From an uncultured virus (IMG/VR IMGVR_UViG_3300005201_000352) (Duplodnaviria; Heunggongvirae; Uroviricota; Caudoviricetes): a stretch of DNA of 64,000 nucleotides. Shown piece by piece: positions 37,143 to 47,044 of this stretch. The stretch is from IMG/VR virus record IMGVR_UViG_3300005201_000352. The stretch is one strand, 5' to 3'. The notes below the pieces were generated by a model, which saw only the letters and a program-made list of their open reading frames with translations, did no database searches and was not told the origin of the DNA. Every line of letters starts with the position of its first letter. The first letter of the stretch is position 1. A program made the position numbers and the translations under genes.

Positions 37143-37647
37143 CGTTCACAAATGACATGATGGTTTCAGTGGTGATATTTAACGTGCCGGCATAGGCTTC
37201 AAGTTCTTCATGGGTCATTTCTTCCAGTAATTTCTTGTTTTCGGTCTGTTCAGAACCACCATTCTTCTGTAACTCGGCTTCGCTCAATTTCTCCTCTGCC
37301 TCCCGGATGGCGGCGATAATGTCCGCGTCCTTCATTCCCATGAATCCGATTACACCTGTTTGGACATTAAGCTTCTTGGCATATTCAATAAGCTCTTTGC
37401 GGCTCATCTGCTCTAGTTTCAGGGTTTCCGTACTACCACCGCCGCCTGTCGCAGGGTTAACAACCTCTTCTTTGACAGGATTATTTTCCTGCTCCTTCTC
37501 TGGTTTCTCTGCTTTCTTTTCGGCAGTGTTCAAAAGCTCGATTTTCTCAGCGCCGTAGCATTCGCCGTTCTGATAGGCGAAAGCTAAAGCCTGAGCCATG
37601 TTCTGGAACTCCTGTTTCTTTTTGCCGTTGATTATTATTGTTACCAT
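37060..37647 (-). CDS. Head-region protein with two HeH/Rho-N-like repeats, possibly the true N-terminus of the protease
   Basis: LEQMSRKELIEYAKKLNV and LEEMTHEELEAYAGTLNI; GGGGSTET twice; GGAGG SD. Confidence 0.65.
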   Translation of the reverse strand: MVTIIINGKKKQEFQNMAQALAFAYQNGECYGAEKIELLNTAEKKAEKPEKEQENNPVKEEVVNPATGGGGSTETLKLEQMSRKELIEYAKKLNVQTGVIGFMGMKDADIIAAIREAEEKLSEAELQKNGGSEQTENKKLLEEMTHEELEAYAGTLNITTETIMSFVNDADLIAAIKIKEAEAANGGGGGSTETV

Positions 37648-37674
37648 TTTTCCTCCCTAATTAATTTTAGACAC

Positions 37675-37711
37675 AAAAAAAGGCGCACCTATCCCGAAAG
37701 ATGATGCGCCT
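37675..37711 (-). terminator. Intrinsic terminator upstream of the head operon
   Basis: AGGCGCATCATC-TTTCGG-GATAGGTGCGCC followed by T7. Confidence 0.8.
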
Positions 37712-37738
37712 CTGTATCTCAGTCAGCGTTATATTTTG

Positions 37739-37768
37739 ATTTTAAGGCTAAATTCTAATTTCTGTCAA
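37739..37768 (-). promoter_or_regulatory. Candidate promoter just upstream of the terminator
   Basis: TTGACA-18-TAAAAT. Confidence 0.5.
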
Positions 37769-37935
37769 GCGCTTTTTTGAGATTTTTGTTGCTCGTCGAT
37801 CATTAGTTTTCCTGTAGTCTCAACTGAATAGTCAAGTGTCTTTTTCTCAGGAGACAGCTTGAATGTTATCTGCCCGTACTTGACATCCTTGAAGATAGCG
37901 GCTATCTCAGCCAACAGCCTCTCGTTTAACTCCAT
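37765..37935 (-). CDS. 56-aa protein, weakly YezD/DUF2292-like (not in the ORF track)
   Basis: GGAGGGG SD; MELNERLLAEIAAIFKDVKYGQITFKLSPEKKTLDYSVETTGKLMIDEQQKSQKSA; paralogue in the satellite. Confidence 0.8.
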   Translation of the reverse strand: MELNERLLAEIAAIFKDVKYGQITFKLSPEKKTLDYSVETTGKLMIDEQQKSQKSA

Positions 37936-38107
37936 CGTCCCCTCCGATGATTAAATCCTTGTATCCCAAGCGGAACAAGATTACGGCACACCACCGCAAT
38001 CTTGTCAGAATTGGGCTACCTAACATGACGCGCAAGAGCCGCCTGCTATTGTCGTCTACTGTTTTCCTTACGCTCTTGCGGAGCTGTTTGTCTCTTTTAG
38101 TACTCAT
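37907..38107 (-). CDS. Small basic hypothetical protein
   Basis: 66 aa, TAATG-coupled to the upstream gene. Confidence 0.5.
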   Translation of the reverse strand: MSTKRDKQLRKSVRKTVDDNSRRLLRVMLGSPILTRLRWCAVILFRLGYKDLIIGGDDGVKREAVG

Positions 38108-39378
38108 TATAAACCTCCATGCGCTTTATCAATCCTTGCCAAAAAATCCTTCTGCTCTTGCGTCCCCTCAATCGCCTCCAAGTCCTCTTTCATTTCTTCG
38201 CGTAACGATGCTAGTATTTCTTCATCTGTTTTTAATCTCGGGACAAGCTGGCACATACAATTAGGATGAAGTGGGCAGTCAATGGGGTTGCCGTCTTTGT
38301 CAACCATATTGTCAACATCATAAGGACTGCCTAGAGCCAGCTCCTCACAACGGCACGACCATGAATCACGCCCTCGATCCATTACCCAGTCTACTAGCCC
38401 ACTGGATATATCGCTGTTTCTAGCTATCTCCTTTTGTTCATCAGATAGAAAATTTCCCATCTCAGTACGCGCAATTCGTATAGCCCTGTAATCCAGCCCT
38501 GCCTTACCCAGCCTGGTTGCATACTGCCTCACTGCGTCCGGTAATCGTGGAGTGCCGCGCTTCGTTGTCTCAGCCATTTTCTGCCTGACCCAATCCTGCG
38601 CGTCTGGCTGTCTGAGCAACGCTCTTGCGGCGTCGCTCCCCGGTTGTAAGCCTCCGTGATCCTTGAGGTACTCACGCGCCCACGCCTCTTTGCGTCCAGC
38701 CTCGGTGTTCGGGAACATTCCCATCCAGCGTCCCACTACCCGCTCACCACCGTCTTTGTAGTTGATGTACGTCTCAAGGTCACTACTAATTTGCTTCACG
38801 TTCCGCCCTGCCGCCCTGCCTCCGCGTATCACGTCAAAGACAGCTTTCTCTTGTTCCTCTACGGCTTTCCACACCTGCGATGACAAGTCGGCGCGTTTGC
38901 GGAACTGGTACTCAAGCGGGAGGTCGTCCCACACTATCTTCCCTGTCTGCGGGTCGCGGTGGTAAGAAGCAAGACCGCTTGTGCCATAGCCCCAACCGCG
39001 CCCCTTGGTCTTGATTATCTTTCCAACCGGCTCTCTCGCGTTTTCTAACCTTCGCTGTCTCGCGTTCTCTTGCGATTCGGGTCTGTGGTGCAGAGTAACA
39101 CCCAGCTTCTCGGCAAGGGAAGCCTCCATGTCGTCTTGGAGTTTCCTTGCCGCTTCGACGGGCTTCGCGGCTTCTTCCAGAATAATCGCTGTTATATCGT
39201 GCGCCAATTTCTCTACGGGAAACACAATGCTTCTTGTCTCGGCAAATTCCTTAACAAGAGGCAAGACACATTCCCTTGTTTTAGCTCTTATTTTTCTTGC
39301 TGCTTCTAACTCTGCCCTTTCTGTTAGGCTTGAAAGTTCTCTTTGTTTCTTAAAATACTCTTGGCGCGTTATTTCCAT
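38107..39378 (-). CDS. Head morphogenesis / minor capsid protein (SPP1 gp7, Mu F-like)
   Basis: RAIRIARTEM, CRCEELA, PLHPNCMC. Confidence 0.85.
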   Translation of the reverse strand: MEITRQEYFKKQRELSSLTERAELEAARKIRAKTRECVLPLVKEFAETRSIVFPVEKLAHDITAIILEEAAKPVEAARKLQDDMEASLAEKLGVTLHHRPESQENARQRRLENAREPVGKIIKTKGRGWGYGTSGLASYHRDPQTGKIVWDDLPLEYQFRKRADLSSQVWKAVEEQEKAVFDVIRGGRAAGRNVKQISSDLETYINYKDGGERVVGRWMGMFPNTEAGRKEAWAREYLKDHGGLQPGSDAARALLRQPDAQDWVRQKMAETTKRGTPRLPDAVRQYATRLGKAGLDYRAIRIARTEMGNFLSDEQKEIARNSDISSGLVDWVMDRGRDSWSCRCEELALGSPYDVDNMVDKDGNPIDCPLHPNCMCQLVPRLKTDEEILASLREEMKEDLEAIEGTQEQKDFLARIDKAHGGL

Positions 39379-39902
39379 AATTTTTTCTTATGTGTATTGC
39401 TACGCGAAACAGGAACAGTTAAAGCCATCTCTGGAGGCCAACCAGAATTAAAACGTCTGGTTAGTGTTGCATGATTTATTCCCGTCTCATCTCTCCACTC
39501 TGCAATAGTTTGTTTTTTGCCAAACGCAATAATATACCTGTTATCTCTTTTATTATTAAGCTGCCTTTTTATAGTAACCCAACGGCAATTCGACGGTTCA
39601 TAATTACCATCATTGTTAATACGGTCAATAGTCAAGTCATCAGCATAACCATTTTCCATAGCCCATTTATAGAATTGCTCAAAACTGTCTATCCATTCTC
39701 TGCAAACTGTAATTCCACGACCACCATATCTTTCATAACAATCTGATTCCGTGTTATGGCAACGGCGTATCATTATTAGTTTATAGCCCTTATGGGTACG
39801 CAATTTATTAAAACGTAAATATTCATCATGGCTATCAAACCATTGTATTACGTGCCTTAACGCATCTTTATAACCAACGGTATATCTTAGGTCAATAATC
39901 AT
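39369..39902 (-). CDS. HNH homing endonuclease-like protein
   Basis: RYGGRGITVCREW, LTIDRINNDGNYEPSNCRW; AT-rich insert. Confidence 0.85.
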   Translation of the reverse strand: MIIDLRYTVGYKDALRHVIQWFDSHDEYLRFNKLRTHKGYKLIMIRRCHNTESDCYERYGGRGITVCREWIDSFEQFYKWAMENGYADDLTIDRINNDGNYEPSNCRWVTIKRQLNNKRDNRYIIAFGKKQTIAEWRDETGINHATLTRRFNSGWPPEMALTVPVSRSNTHKKKLWK

Positions 39903-39909
39903 CGCTCTT

Positions 39910-41337
39910 CTAAAACGCCCCCATCCCGCCCGTGTCAAAAGCAGGTTGACCTACTTTGGAAGCGTGATCAATTATCATCCGATCCATTCCCGCCATGAAG
40001 TGCGCCGCGTCCTCTGCCGGGAACTCAGGGTACAGCTTCTTTGTAAGCCAGAATGCCCCTTCCGGCGAAATTGCCCCATTGTTCATCAGCGGCACGATTG
40101 CTGAGGAGTAAGCGCCCATAACCTGAGCCTTCTCCATCTCAGACAGCATTGACATATTGCCCCACTGGACGGACACCTGCGGCGGCTGTGTGAACCGCAT
40201 ATACGCAAGTATCGTAAGCGACTGATTCACAATGTCCTGTGTTGCTTTGGTCAGTTCACGACGCAAGCCGCCGATATAATCGAGTACCAGTAACTTGTCA
40301 GTATCCGTTGACGCGTGGTTGCCTGTTGCAAGAGCGCCAAAGAACAATTCCGGTACACCGCTTCCCTTGATAATCTTCAACTCCTTGTCCTTGAGAGCTA
40401 CCGTATGCTGGGATGTCGCATCACTGGTGAGCGCGGCAAATGATGTGCTCTCGCCTTCAAGGTTGACGAAAAACCGATGCCCGAACGGATCAAACTGTAC
40501 GCTTTTAGGATCAGTTCCCGGCGGCGTGTTGTTTCTTACCCATGTTCCGACATCCTTAACCTGTTGAATAATCTTGGGGTCAAAATCTGAAAGTATCTCA
40601 TCGCGTTTATACTCGATGTCATGCGATGTTTTAAGATGTCTCAGTACTTTGCCAAAGACACTATTGCCGCGCCATTCACCTTCAAAACAGTTATGTCCGA
40701 AGGGAACCGGCATAAAGCCAAACGGGTTTTTATACTGAATGATTTTATTGTTTGTGCCGCCTCTCCATTCCTCTGTGATTAGCGTGCGTGTTATGTGCCT
40801 TATACGATTAGTAAAGTCGATATTCGTCTTGTCTTTATTATACTCAATCTGTTCATCAATCCACAGTTCGTTGATTTCTCCAGTGTCAAGGTCATAGATT
40901 ATTGATGTAATACTTCCATCGGGGATCGCTTCCCAGACAAGGCGGTGCAGCTTGTCGCTCCATTTCGCCCATCTCCACGCTGTGCCGTTGACAAGCATTG
41001 TGCAGACCAGCACAGGAAACTCGTCCATTACCAGCGGCATAATTTCTTTGATAAGCCTATCATCCTGCCCTTGATCGGGTATGATACCGGGGATACCGGT
41101 CATGTTCCTCGGCACGTCTACCATACCGGTTGCGAAATACGAAGACAGATTAAACTCCTGAGCTGAGCCTTTGTAGATACCTTTGAGTAAATCATCGTTC
41201 GCGGCAAGCTCGCGCATTTGGCGTTTCTTTGTCGTTATACCAACCTGCTGTTTGGACAAGTCCCTGTCGGTGGTCTTTGTCCAGAAGTCGGCAAACTTAA
41301 TCTGCGCGTTCTTTAGTTTCTCTTTTAATACCGTCAT
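39910..41337 (-). CDS. Portal protein
   Basis: 475 aa directly after TerL; SGVPELFFG...GNHAS motif. Confidence 0.8.
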   Translation of the reverse strand: MTVLKEKLKNAQIKFADFWTKTTDRDLSKQQVGITTKKRQMRELAANDDLLKGIYKGSAQEFNLSSYFATGMVDVPRNMTGIPGIIPDQGQDDRLIKEIMPLVMDEFPVLVCTMLVNGTAWRWAKWSDKLHRLVWEAIPDGSITSIIYDLDTGEINELWIDEQIEYNKDKTNIDFTNRIRHITRTLITEEWRGGTNNKIIQYKNPFGFMPVPFGHNCFEGEWRGNSVFGKVLRHLKTSHDIEYKRDEILSDFDPKIIQQVKDVGTWVRNNTPPGTDPKSVQFDPFGHRFFVNLEGESTSFAALTSDATSQHTVALKDKELKIIKGSGVPELFFGALATGNHASTDTDKLLVLDYIGGLRRELTKATQDIVNQSLTILAYMRFTQPPQVSVQWGNMSMLSEMEKAQVMGAYSSAIVPLMNNGAISPEGAFWLTKKLYPEFPAEDAAHFMAGMDRMIIDHASKVGQPAFDTGGMGAF

Positions 41338-42825
41338 CTATCCCCTCCCGTGGAAGAATCCCCTTGCTATATCGTCAATCATGCTATCTGATGTAATCAT
41401 AATATAACCTGCGCTCAGATTATCTACTTGGTCATCATGCTTCCCATTTGGAAACGCCGCTATTTCGGCTATCCAATCATGTACCCAAGACGCGTTCTCA
41501 AGAATATGAACATTACCGGCGGCAAAAATTGCCTCAAGCGGATACGCTCGAATAACTTTATCGCGCGAGATTTCTATTGGTTCTACTATTTTATACCCTT
41601 TAAGTATATTTTGCATAGTTACAATTGCGTCTTTTGCGTCAATTGTGTTTTCAACACCTGTCTTTATATATTGTCCATCCATCCTAGATATTCGCTCAAT
41701 TTCTGCATCTCTTTCCGGGGCAGCTTTCCTAAACCGCTGTACGTCTTTAATCCAAACGTGCGGCACTGCTCCGGCAAATTCAATCCCCATCAATGTTCCG
41801 CTGGTATAATCAGGATCAGATTTGGTTCTTTCGGCAGCTGTGTGGGCAAGATCCCAAACCCTAACATACGGAATTGGGGGATACTCATCTAATGATTTAT
41901 GCCGCTGGATATGCTCAGTATTAAGCAAATTACCACCTTTAATTACCGGGTTGCACTGTAATAAAGACGCTGTTCCGTACTCTCCCAATGTCGCTCTTTG
42001 TTCATTGTACCAAGAAGGTGTAAACCGCTCAGGAAATAATACTCCGGAAGGATAGTCGCTTGAAAATGCCGGTAACTGGATTATCTCAAACTTTGGAAAA
42101 TCTGCATTGGTTTTCATTTCCTCTTCGATGCGCCCGATAATATCGTCAGTATGCCACCGCGTTGCTAAAATGATTGATATGCTAACTGGCGCTCTTCTGG
42201 TCATGAAGTTATCGGTGAACGCTTCCCAAGTCTTTTCTCTCATGGTTTCACTTTCCGCGTCCTCTCTACTGCCACAAAAATCATCTAAAATACCAAGATG
42301 ATACCCTTGCCCGGCAATAGACGATAACAATGCTCCTGCATAGCACTCTCCATAATGGTCAAGTATTCGCCAGTTCTTAACCGAAGATGAATTATGATTT
42401 ACATATATTCCCGGAAATAATTCTTGATATAACTCACCATTGATTAAATCACGAGCTGCCCTAGACATCCCCTCAACAAGGCTTTCTGTATGGCCGCTTA
42501 ATAATACCTTTGCCTCTGGGAATAATCCCAAAAAATGCGGCGGTAATTTTCTTGAAATTATTTCACTTTTACCATGCCGGTATGGTAAAGTTACAATTAA
42601 AAAACTACTAATGCCTTGACTATATTTCTCTATGGCTTTATCAATTTCAGAACATATTACCCGGATATGATAACCAATAATATAGTCTTCGTTTTGATTA
42701 TTCCATACATATTTAATAAAATTAAGGTGTTTCGATTGAGCTTTCAACCGCCTTAACTCTTTAAGCAGTTCAAGTTTCTTGGTTGTGTCCTTCAGTTTCT
42801 TTGAGTTCTTTTTCATACTTCTCAA
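41338..42825 (-). CDS. terL: Helper terminase large subunit (Terminase_6-like)
   Basis: LPYRHGKS, GILDD, TRWHTDDIIGR, WDLA, DK..RA, FPNGKHDDQVD. Confidence 0.92.
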   Translation of the reverse strand: MRSMKKNSKKLKDTTKKLELLKELRRLKAQSKHLNFIKYVWNNQNEDYIIGYHIRVICSEIDKAIEKYSQGISSFLIVTLPYRHGKSEIISRKLPPHFLGLFPEAKVLLSGHTESLVEGMSRAARDLINGELYQELFPGIYVNHNSSSVKNWRILDHYGECYAGALLSSIAGQGYHLGILDDFCGSREDAESETMREKTWEAFTDNFMTRRAPVSISIILATRWHTDDIIGRIEEEMKTNADFPKFEIIQLPAFSSDYPSGVLFPERFTPSWYNEQRATLGEYGTASLLQCNPVIKGGNLLNTEHIQRHKSLDEYPPIPYVRVWDLAHTAAERTKSDPDYTSGTLMGIEFAGAVPHVWIKDVQRFRKAAPERDAEIERISRMDGQYIKTGVENTIDAKDAIVTMQNILKGYKIVEPIEISRDKVIRAYPLEAIFAAGNVHILENASWVHDWIAEIAAFPNGKHDDQVDNLSAGYIMITSDSMIDDIARGFFHGRG

Positions 42826-43144
42826 TCAACTTCTGCCTTTCATCAAGCGATAATTCCTCTTCTTCTTTATCTCGCAAGTCAATGGTTTGCCGCGGCGACC
42901 CATCTAATCTGTCCATCAAGTATTTAATTGCCGGAAAACTACCTTCTGCTACAGCAAGGTTAATGAGCTTCCTTACAACCGCTTCCTTCGCAGAAATGAT
43001 TTCTACTGAACCATTTTCGAGCTTATTAGTGACGTTTTTTTTACCTAGTTCCGCAAGAATTACATCGGTAAAAGTCTCCCCTTTCTTTGGTCTGCCGGCT
43101 CGATTGATATTCTGTGGATTGTCTCTAAAGCCTCCTCCGCGCAC
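42770..43144 (-). CDS. terS: Helper terminase small subunit (DUF5681-like)
   Basis: NPQNINRAGRPKK, AIKYLMDRLDGSPRQ; overlaps terL. Confidence 0.75.
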   Translation of the reverse strand: MRGGGFRDNPQNINRAGRPKKGETFTDVILAELGKKNVTNKLENGSVEIISAKEAVVRKLINLAVAEGSFPAIKYLMDRLDGSPRQTIDLRDKEEEELSLDERQKLIEKYEKELKETEGHNQET

Positions 43145-43786
43145 TTAAATACTGATCTCCTGTTGTTTTTCAAGGGCATATTGCTCCAAATAGTGTCCGA
43201 AGAAGCCATCCCTTGTTCCTGCCTCCTGCTCATAAAGAGCCAGCTTTTCTGTAAAATCTGTTATGTCTTGCTCGGAAACTGGGATGGCAAATGACCTGAA
43301 CTTTGCCTTCTTCATAGCATTTTGCTGAGGAGAAAGGTCACCCTGCTCTGAAAAAACATTGCCAGAGAAGTCAATATACGAGTCATTGAATGACATCTCA
43401 GAAAGGTTAATTTCCATGCCCTCAGTAAACTCTGCCAGACCTCCTTGAGTTATAACCCCATAAGTGGAGTTCGCCTGTAACAGCTTTTCCATCGCTTCTG
43501 TAGCGTCTTTGGCAGAAATATATACCACTGGAAACTCTGCCGGTAATTTATAGCCTTCATCTTCAAGGAGTTTAAGTATGCTTATTCTGCCATGGCCATC
43601 AAGGCAATAGTTGATGTCGCCATCTTTCCAAATATAAAAAGGAAATGAAAACCCAACTTCCAAGATGTAATTTTTAAGCCTTTCAATATCTACTTTTGAC
43701 CTTTTTTTCAGATTGCCCTGAAACTCTACAATACCGCTTAACGGAAGGCTGTCTTTTGTTTTGCAGGTGATTCTAACTTCGCCCAT
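43145..43786 (-). CDS. ParB/Srx-like N-terminal domain protein
   Basis: FQGNLKKRS, GFSFPFYIW, LDGHGR. Confidence 0.8.
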   Translation of the reverse strand: MGEVRITCKTKDSLPLSGIVEFQGNLKKRSKVDIERLKNYILEVGFSFPFYIWKDGDINYCLDGHGRISILKLLEDEGYKLPAEFPVVYISAKDATEAMEKLLQANSTYGVITQGGLAEFTEGMEINLSEMSFNDSYIDFSGNVFSEQGDLSPQQNAMKKAKFRSFAIPVSEQDITDFTEKLALYEQEAGTRDGFFGHYLEQYALEKQQEISI

Positions 43787-45170
43787 ATAATGCCTCCAAA
43801 ACTTCCTGATGCCTATTGAGTCTTACGATTTCCTCTGTGTTATATGGCATATTGAACTCTCGCTCTATTGAAGCCCTTGCTTCTTCTTCGGGAATTTCTG
43901 CTATTTTCTTTGCCTCTATGTACCAAAAGAACCCCGCTTTTTTGTACTCGATTACCTCAAGTCCGTGGTCTACGGCAAGCCTTTTTGCCTGTTCATCTGT
44001 ATGGCTCATCTGAAAGAACCAATGCCCTTTATAAAACTTGCCGGTAAAATTGTCTTTATCTAAGAATTCAAGAGTTAAAGGATATCTTTTTTTGAGATTA
44101 GCACTTTTACTAATTTTCTTGCTCTCGACTGCTACAACCCTATGCCCAGAGAACAATACCTTGCCACCCATTTTGCAAAAGATATTCAGGCAATTCACTA
44201 CATCGCTTTCGGCTTCTTTGGTTATGACTGAATTGAGAACATAATCTGCCATTGTTATATCAAACTTGCCCTTTTTTAATTCGTGTACGAGTTCATCTAC
44301 CATAAGGTGAGTTGCCTCAATGTTTAATGCCTTTCCGCCCTTTTTTACAAAGAACTCCATCCCATGCGCGTCAAACCCTGCCTTCTTGAGTTCTCTAATA
44401 TAGTCACCTCTTCCGCATCCAAAGTCTAGAAATCTTTTTTCCGGCTGAGCCTTTAACCACGGCACTATTTTATTCTCATAAGTTGGCGCGCGGTTTTCTT
44501 TTACTGATTTTGGGTCTTTTGAAAGTCTCAGCGGTTGAGCATAAGTCTGTACAAATGGGTCTCTTTTGATATTATCATAATTGAACTCGCCATATTGGTT
44601 GTTTAAGAACGATAGGTAAAGCTCCTCTTTTTCATCCTCGATGTAATATACTCTGCATGGGAAATTGAGCATATAACAAGATAAGGCGTATTGAGCAGCG
44701 TGAATAACCTTGCCGCTTTGCATTGCTACACATGACCCCCACGGTCCGTATTTAAGCAGCATTTTTGATATTTCCAGTCTTAATTGCGCCCCGGAAGCCT
44801 TTTTATCTCCGGCGATAACCTTTTTATCAACATACCCAAGCTGATTTGATTTCTCAACAAATGCGTTCTCATCGCCGGTGTCCATATCTGTCCCGTTATG
44901 TAACTGGTTAAACATCATTTCGTCATAGGTGTTTACGTTTTCTACCAAAAGATAAGCCGGAGAATATTTAATGCCGATTTCCAATAAGGCTTTTGTTCTT
45001 TGGTGTCCTGCAACTATTGTATCCTTGCGGATAATCACAGGTTTAACAATGCCTAATTTCTGAACAGAAACTTTAAGAAGCTCCAACTTTTCATCTGATA
45101 TTTTACGCGGGTTATACGGCGCCGGTTTTATCGTTGTAATATCATGCTCTAGGACGAATTGTCCATCCAT
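43773..45170 (-). CDS. ParB N-terminal domain fused to a SAM-dependent methyltransferase
   Basis: PAPYNPRKIS, IVAGHQR; FLDFGCGRG, YVLNSV. Confidence 0.85.
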   Translation of the reverse strand: MDGQFVLEHDITTIKPAPYNPRKISDEKLELLKVSVQKLGIVKPVIIRKDTIVAGHQRTKALLEIGIKYSPAYLLVENVNTYDEMMFNQLHNGTDMDTGDENAFVEKSNQLGYVDKKVIAGDKKASGAQLRLEISKMLLKYGPWGSCVAMQSGKVIHAAQYALSCYMLNFPCRVYYIEDEKEELYLSFLNNQYGEFNYDNIKRDPFVQTYAQPLRLSKDPKSVKENRAPTYENKIVPWLKAQPEKRFLDFGCGRGDYIRELKKAGFDAHGMEFFVKKGGKALNIEATHLMVDELVHELKKGKFDITMADYVLNSVITKEAESDVVNCLNIFCKMGGKVLFSGHRVVAVESKKISKSANLKKRYPLTLEFLDKDNFTGKFYKGHWFFQMSHTDEQAKRLAVDHGLEVIEYKKAGFFWYIEAKKIAEIPEEEARASIEREFNMPYNTEEIVRLNRHQEVLEALYGRS

Positions 45171-45835
45171 ATTCCTTCCCCTCCAAACATCGAGTTAATG
45201 AACCCAAATAATCCATTGTTTAACTTGCCATATTCTATAAGAACCCACTCAAGCAGGCTCGCTTCTTCTTCTGTTAACGTGATTACAATCTTCCCTATTA
45301 TGAAAACGGTGCTTTTATTCCTTTCCTTGACAATTTCTGCGCCGGTTTTTTCGTTTTCGCCAAGCTCTACCTTTGGCACTTCTATCTTAAACGAACCATA
45401 GTCAATTGTTACATCTCCGCTATAGGACATTTTCCCTGTTGGAAGCGAAAAATTAGACATATCAATGCCTGAACCCCCGATAAACTCAAGGACAGACTCA
45501 TAAGTCATTTCACCGTATTTGCAGTTTTCATAGAGGAGCTTCTTCTTTGCCTCGATTTCGTCATCAGCGAAAACCTCCACAACCGGCACTAAAGGAATAT
45601 TTATACCTTCACTCTCAAGATACTTAAATGCCTCAAGCCTGCCATGCCCGTCTATACAATAACTAATCCCATTGTTCTTCCAAATGTAAAATGGGAACGT
45701 AATTCCAAGTTTGGTTATCGAGGCGGCTAATTTTTTAATGTCCCTTGAGCTTCTTCTTTTGAGGTTTCCCTGAAAAGGCACAATTTCCCTATAGTCGATG
45801 CGTTCATCGACATCACAGGTAATATTTAATTCCAA
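45149..45835 (-). CDS. ParB/Srx-like protein, paralogue of 43145-43786
   Basis: FQGNLKRRS, GITFPFYIW, IDGHGR. Confidence 0.8.
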   Translation of the reverse strand: MELNITCDVDERIDYREIVPFQGNLKRRSSRDIKKLAASITKLGITFPFYIWKNNGISYCIDGHGRLEAFKYLESEGINIPLVPVVEVFADDEIEAKKKLLYENCKYGEMTYESVLEFIGGSGIDMSNFSLPTGKMSYSGDVTIDYGSFKIEVPKVELGENEKTGAEIVKERNKSTVFIIGKIVITLTEEEASLLEWVLIEYGKLNNGLFGFINSMFGGEGIWMDNSS

Positions 45836-46052
45836 TATCCCCTCCGAGATTTATATTAAGTATTAGCACACCTTTGAAAAATGTCAAGTGTTAATTAATT
45901 TCTGTTTTTTACCAGTCAAATATTGGATTCTTTCTAATATATGATCCCGCTCAAGCCTTTTCTGTAAATACTCTCTGGCTTCTGTCGCTTTTTGCCTTAA
46001 ATATTCGCGGCGACCTTCGCTTTTTTCTTGAATAGTCATATAATCCTCCTGA

Positions 46053-46625
46053 TTAAAATAATTCTTGCTGGTCTTTTTTCTCGGTAAATAACCCTTCCTG
46101 GCGTTTCGCAGTAAGCCAAGCCGCGAATTGGAAATTGCGGCAGGTCGTATACTCAAGACCGAGATGTGAGTATTTTTCCTTTGCCACCTTGTCATCAAAG
46201 AAGAGTTCTTCGGCATCAGTTATGATGATTTCATCGCCGGTATAAAGCATTTTCCTGGCGCAAGCCCCTTTCTTCTCGATAACAGGCAGATGCAGATTAG
46301 TTGTCCGCAGGAAATTATGCAACCCGATATGAGCATAATCCCTAGGGTCTTGCGGATTTTCCATAACCGCCCAATTAAAACCTATTTGGCTATGATAAGA
46401 ATAAGGTTTGGAAACTCCGCAAATATATAACACCTGCCCTTCCTTAAAAGGTAATTCTACATCTTTGTTCACCGGCATATTTTTGGGCTGAAAAATGTCT
46501 GGGTAAGACTTCCCTTTCAAACACTGGAAACAATGCTTCGTGTCATCAAACCCGTTTACCTCTTTCCCCCAAAAATATTGAAACCCTTTAAGCTCTTTTG
46601 CCTTGCTTACGATTTGTATTTTCAT
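46053..46625 (-). CDS. Hypothetical Cys/His protein, paralogue A
   Basis: FDDTKHCFQCLKGK, YICGV, LYTGD, YTTCRNFQF. Confidence 0.7.
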   Translation of the reverse strand: MKIQIVSKAKELKGFQYFWGKEVNGFDDTKHCFQCLKGKSYPDIFQPKNMPVNKDVELPFKEGQVLYICGVSKPYSYHSQIGFNWAVMENPQDPRDYAHIGLHNFLRTTNLHLPVIEKKGACARKMLYTGDEIIITDAEELFFDDKVAKEKYSHLGLEYTTCRNFQFAAWLTAKRQEGLFTEKKDQQELF

Positions 46626-46879
46626 ACCGTTATCCTTGTAACATCCGGTCCGAAATTATCTTGAAGGTACGCATTAAGCTCATCGAGTTTTTCAAACCAA
46701 TTGATTATGACTTTGCTTTTCGGCAGCCTTTTCCCATTCCACCATGAAAAGAACACTGAATAGCTTTTGCCGTTTTTTGAAACCCCATAAATCCTTTTTT
46801 GTTCGGTTTTCTTTTTCATCTTCAACTCCTTCGGTTGCCTCAGTAACCCATTTAATTTTTTATAAGATTTATTTATCAT
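46622..46879 (-). CDS. Hypothetical protein (start may be 46819)
   Basis: Downstream of TTGATA-17-TATAAT (46891-46919). Confidence 0.5.
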   Translation of the reverse strand: MINKSYKKLNGLLRQPKELKMKKKTEQKRIYGVSKNGKSYSVFFSWWNGKRLPKSKVIINWFEKLDELNAYLQDNFGPDVTRITV

Positions 46880-47016
46880 CTTATATTTATATTATAGCGT
46901 ATAAGTAAATATATATCAATAGTTTTTAGAAAATATTTTATCTTTTTTTGAAAATATTTTTTTGTTTTACTTAACATTTGTTTACTTTTTTGTAATTGCG
47001 CGTAACGGTTAATTTT

Positions 47017-47036
47017 CTATCCAAACGATTGGATAG
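47017..47036. promoter_or_regulatory. Palindromic operator-like site (second copy at 47842-47857)
   Basis: CTATCCAA-ACGA-TTGGATAG; ATCCAA-CCAG-TTGGAT. Confidence 0.55.
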
Positions 47037-47044
47037 ATTTTTTA

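Noticed and set aside
41282..41290. Third att copy CAGAAGTCG in the portal gene
   Set aside because: Only 9 bp, compatible with chance
25797..42825. Two tandem or chimeric complete prophages explaining two terL genes
   Set aside because: Only one portal/capsid/tail set; the second terL lies within att-bounded DNA that splits one gene
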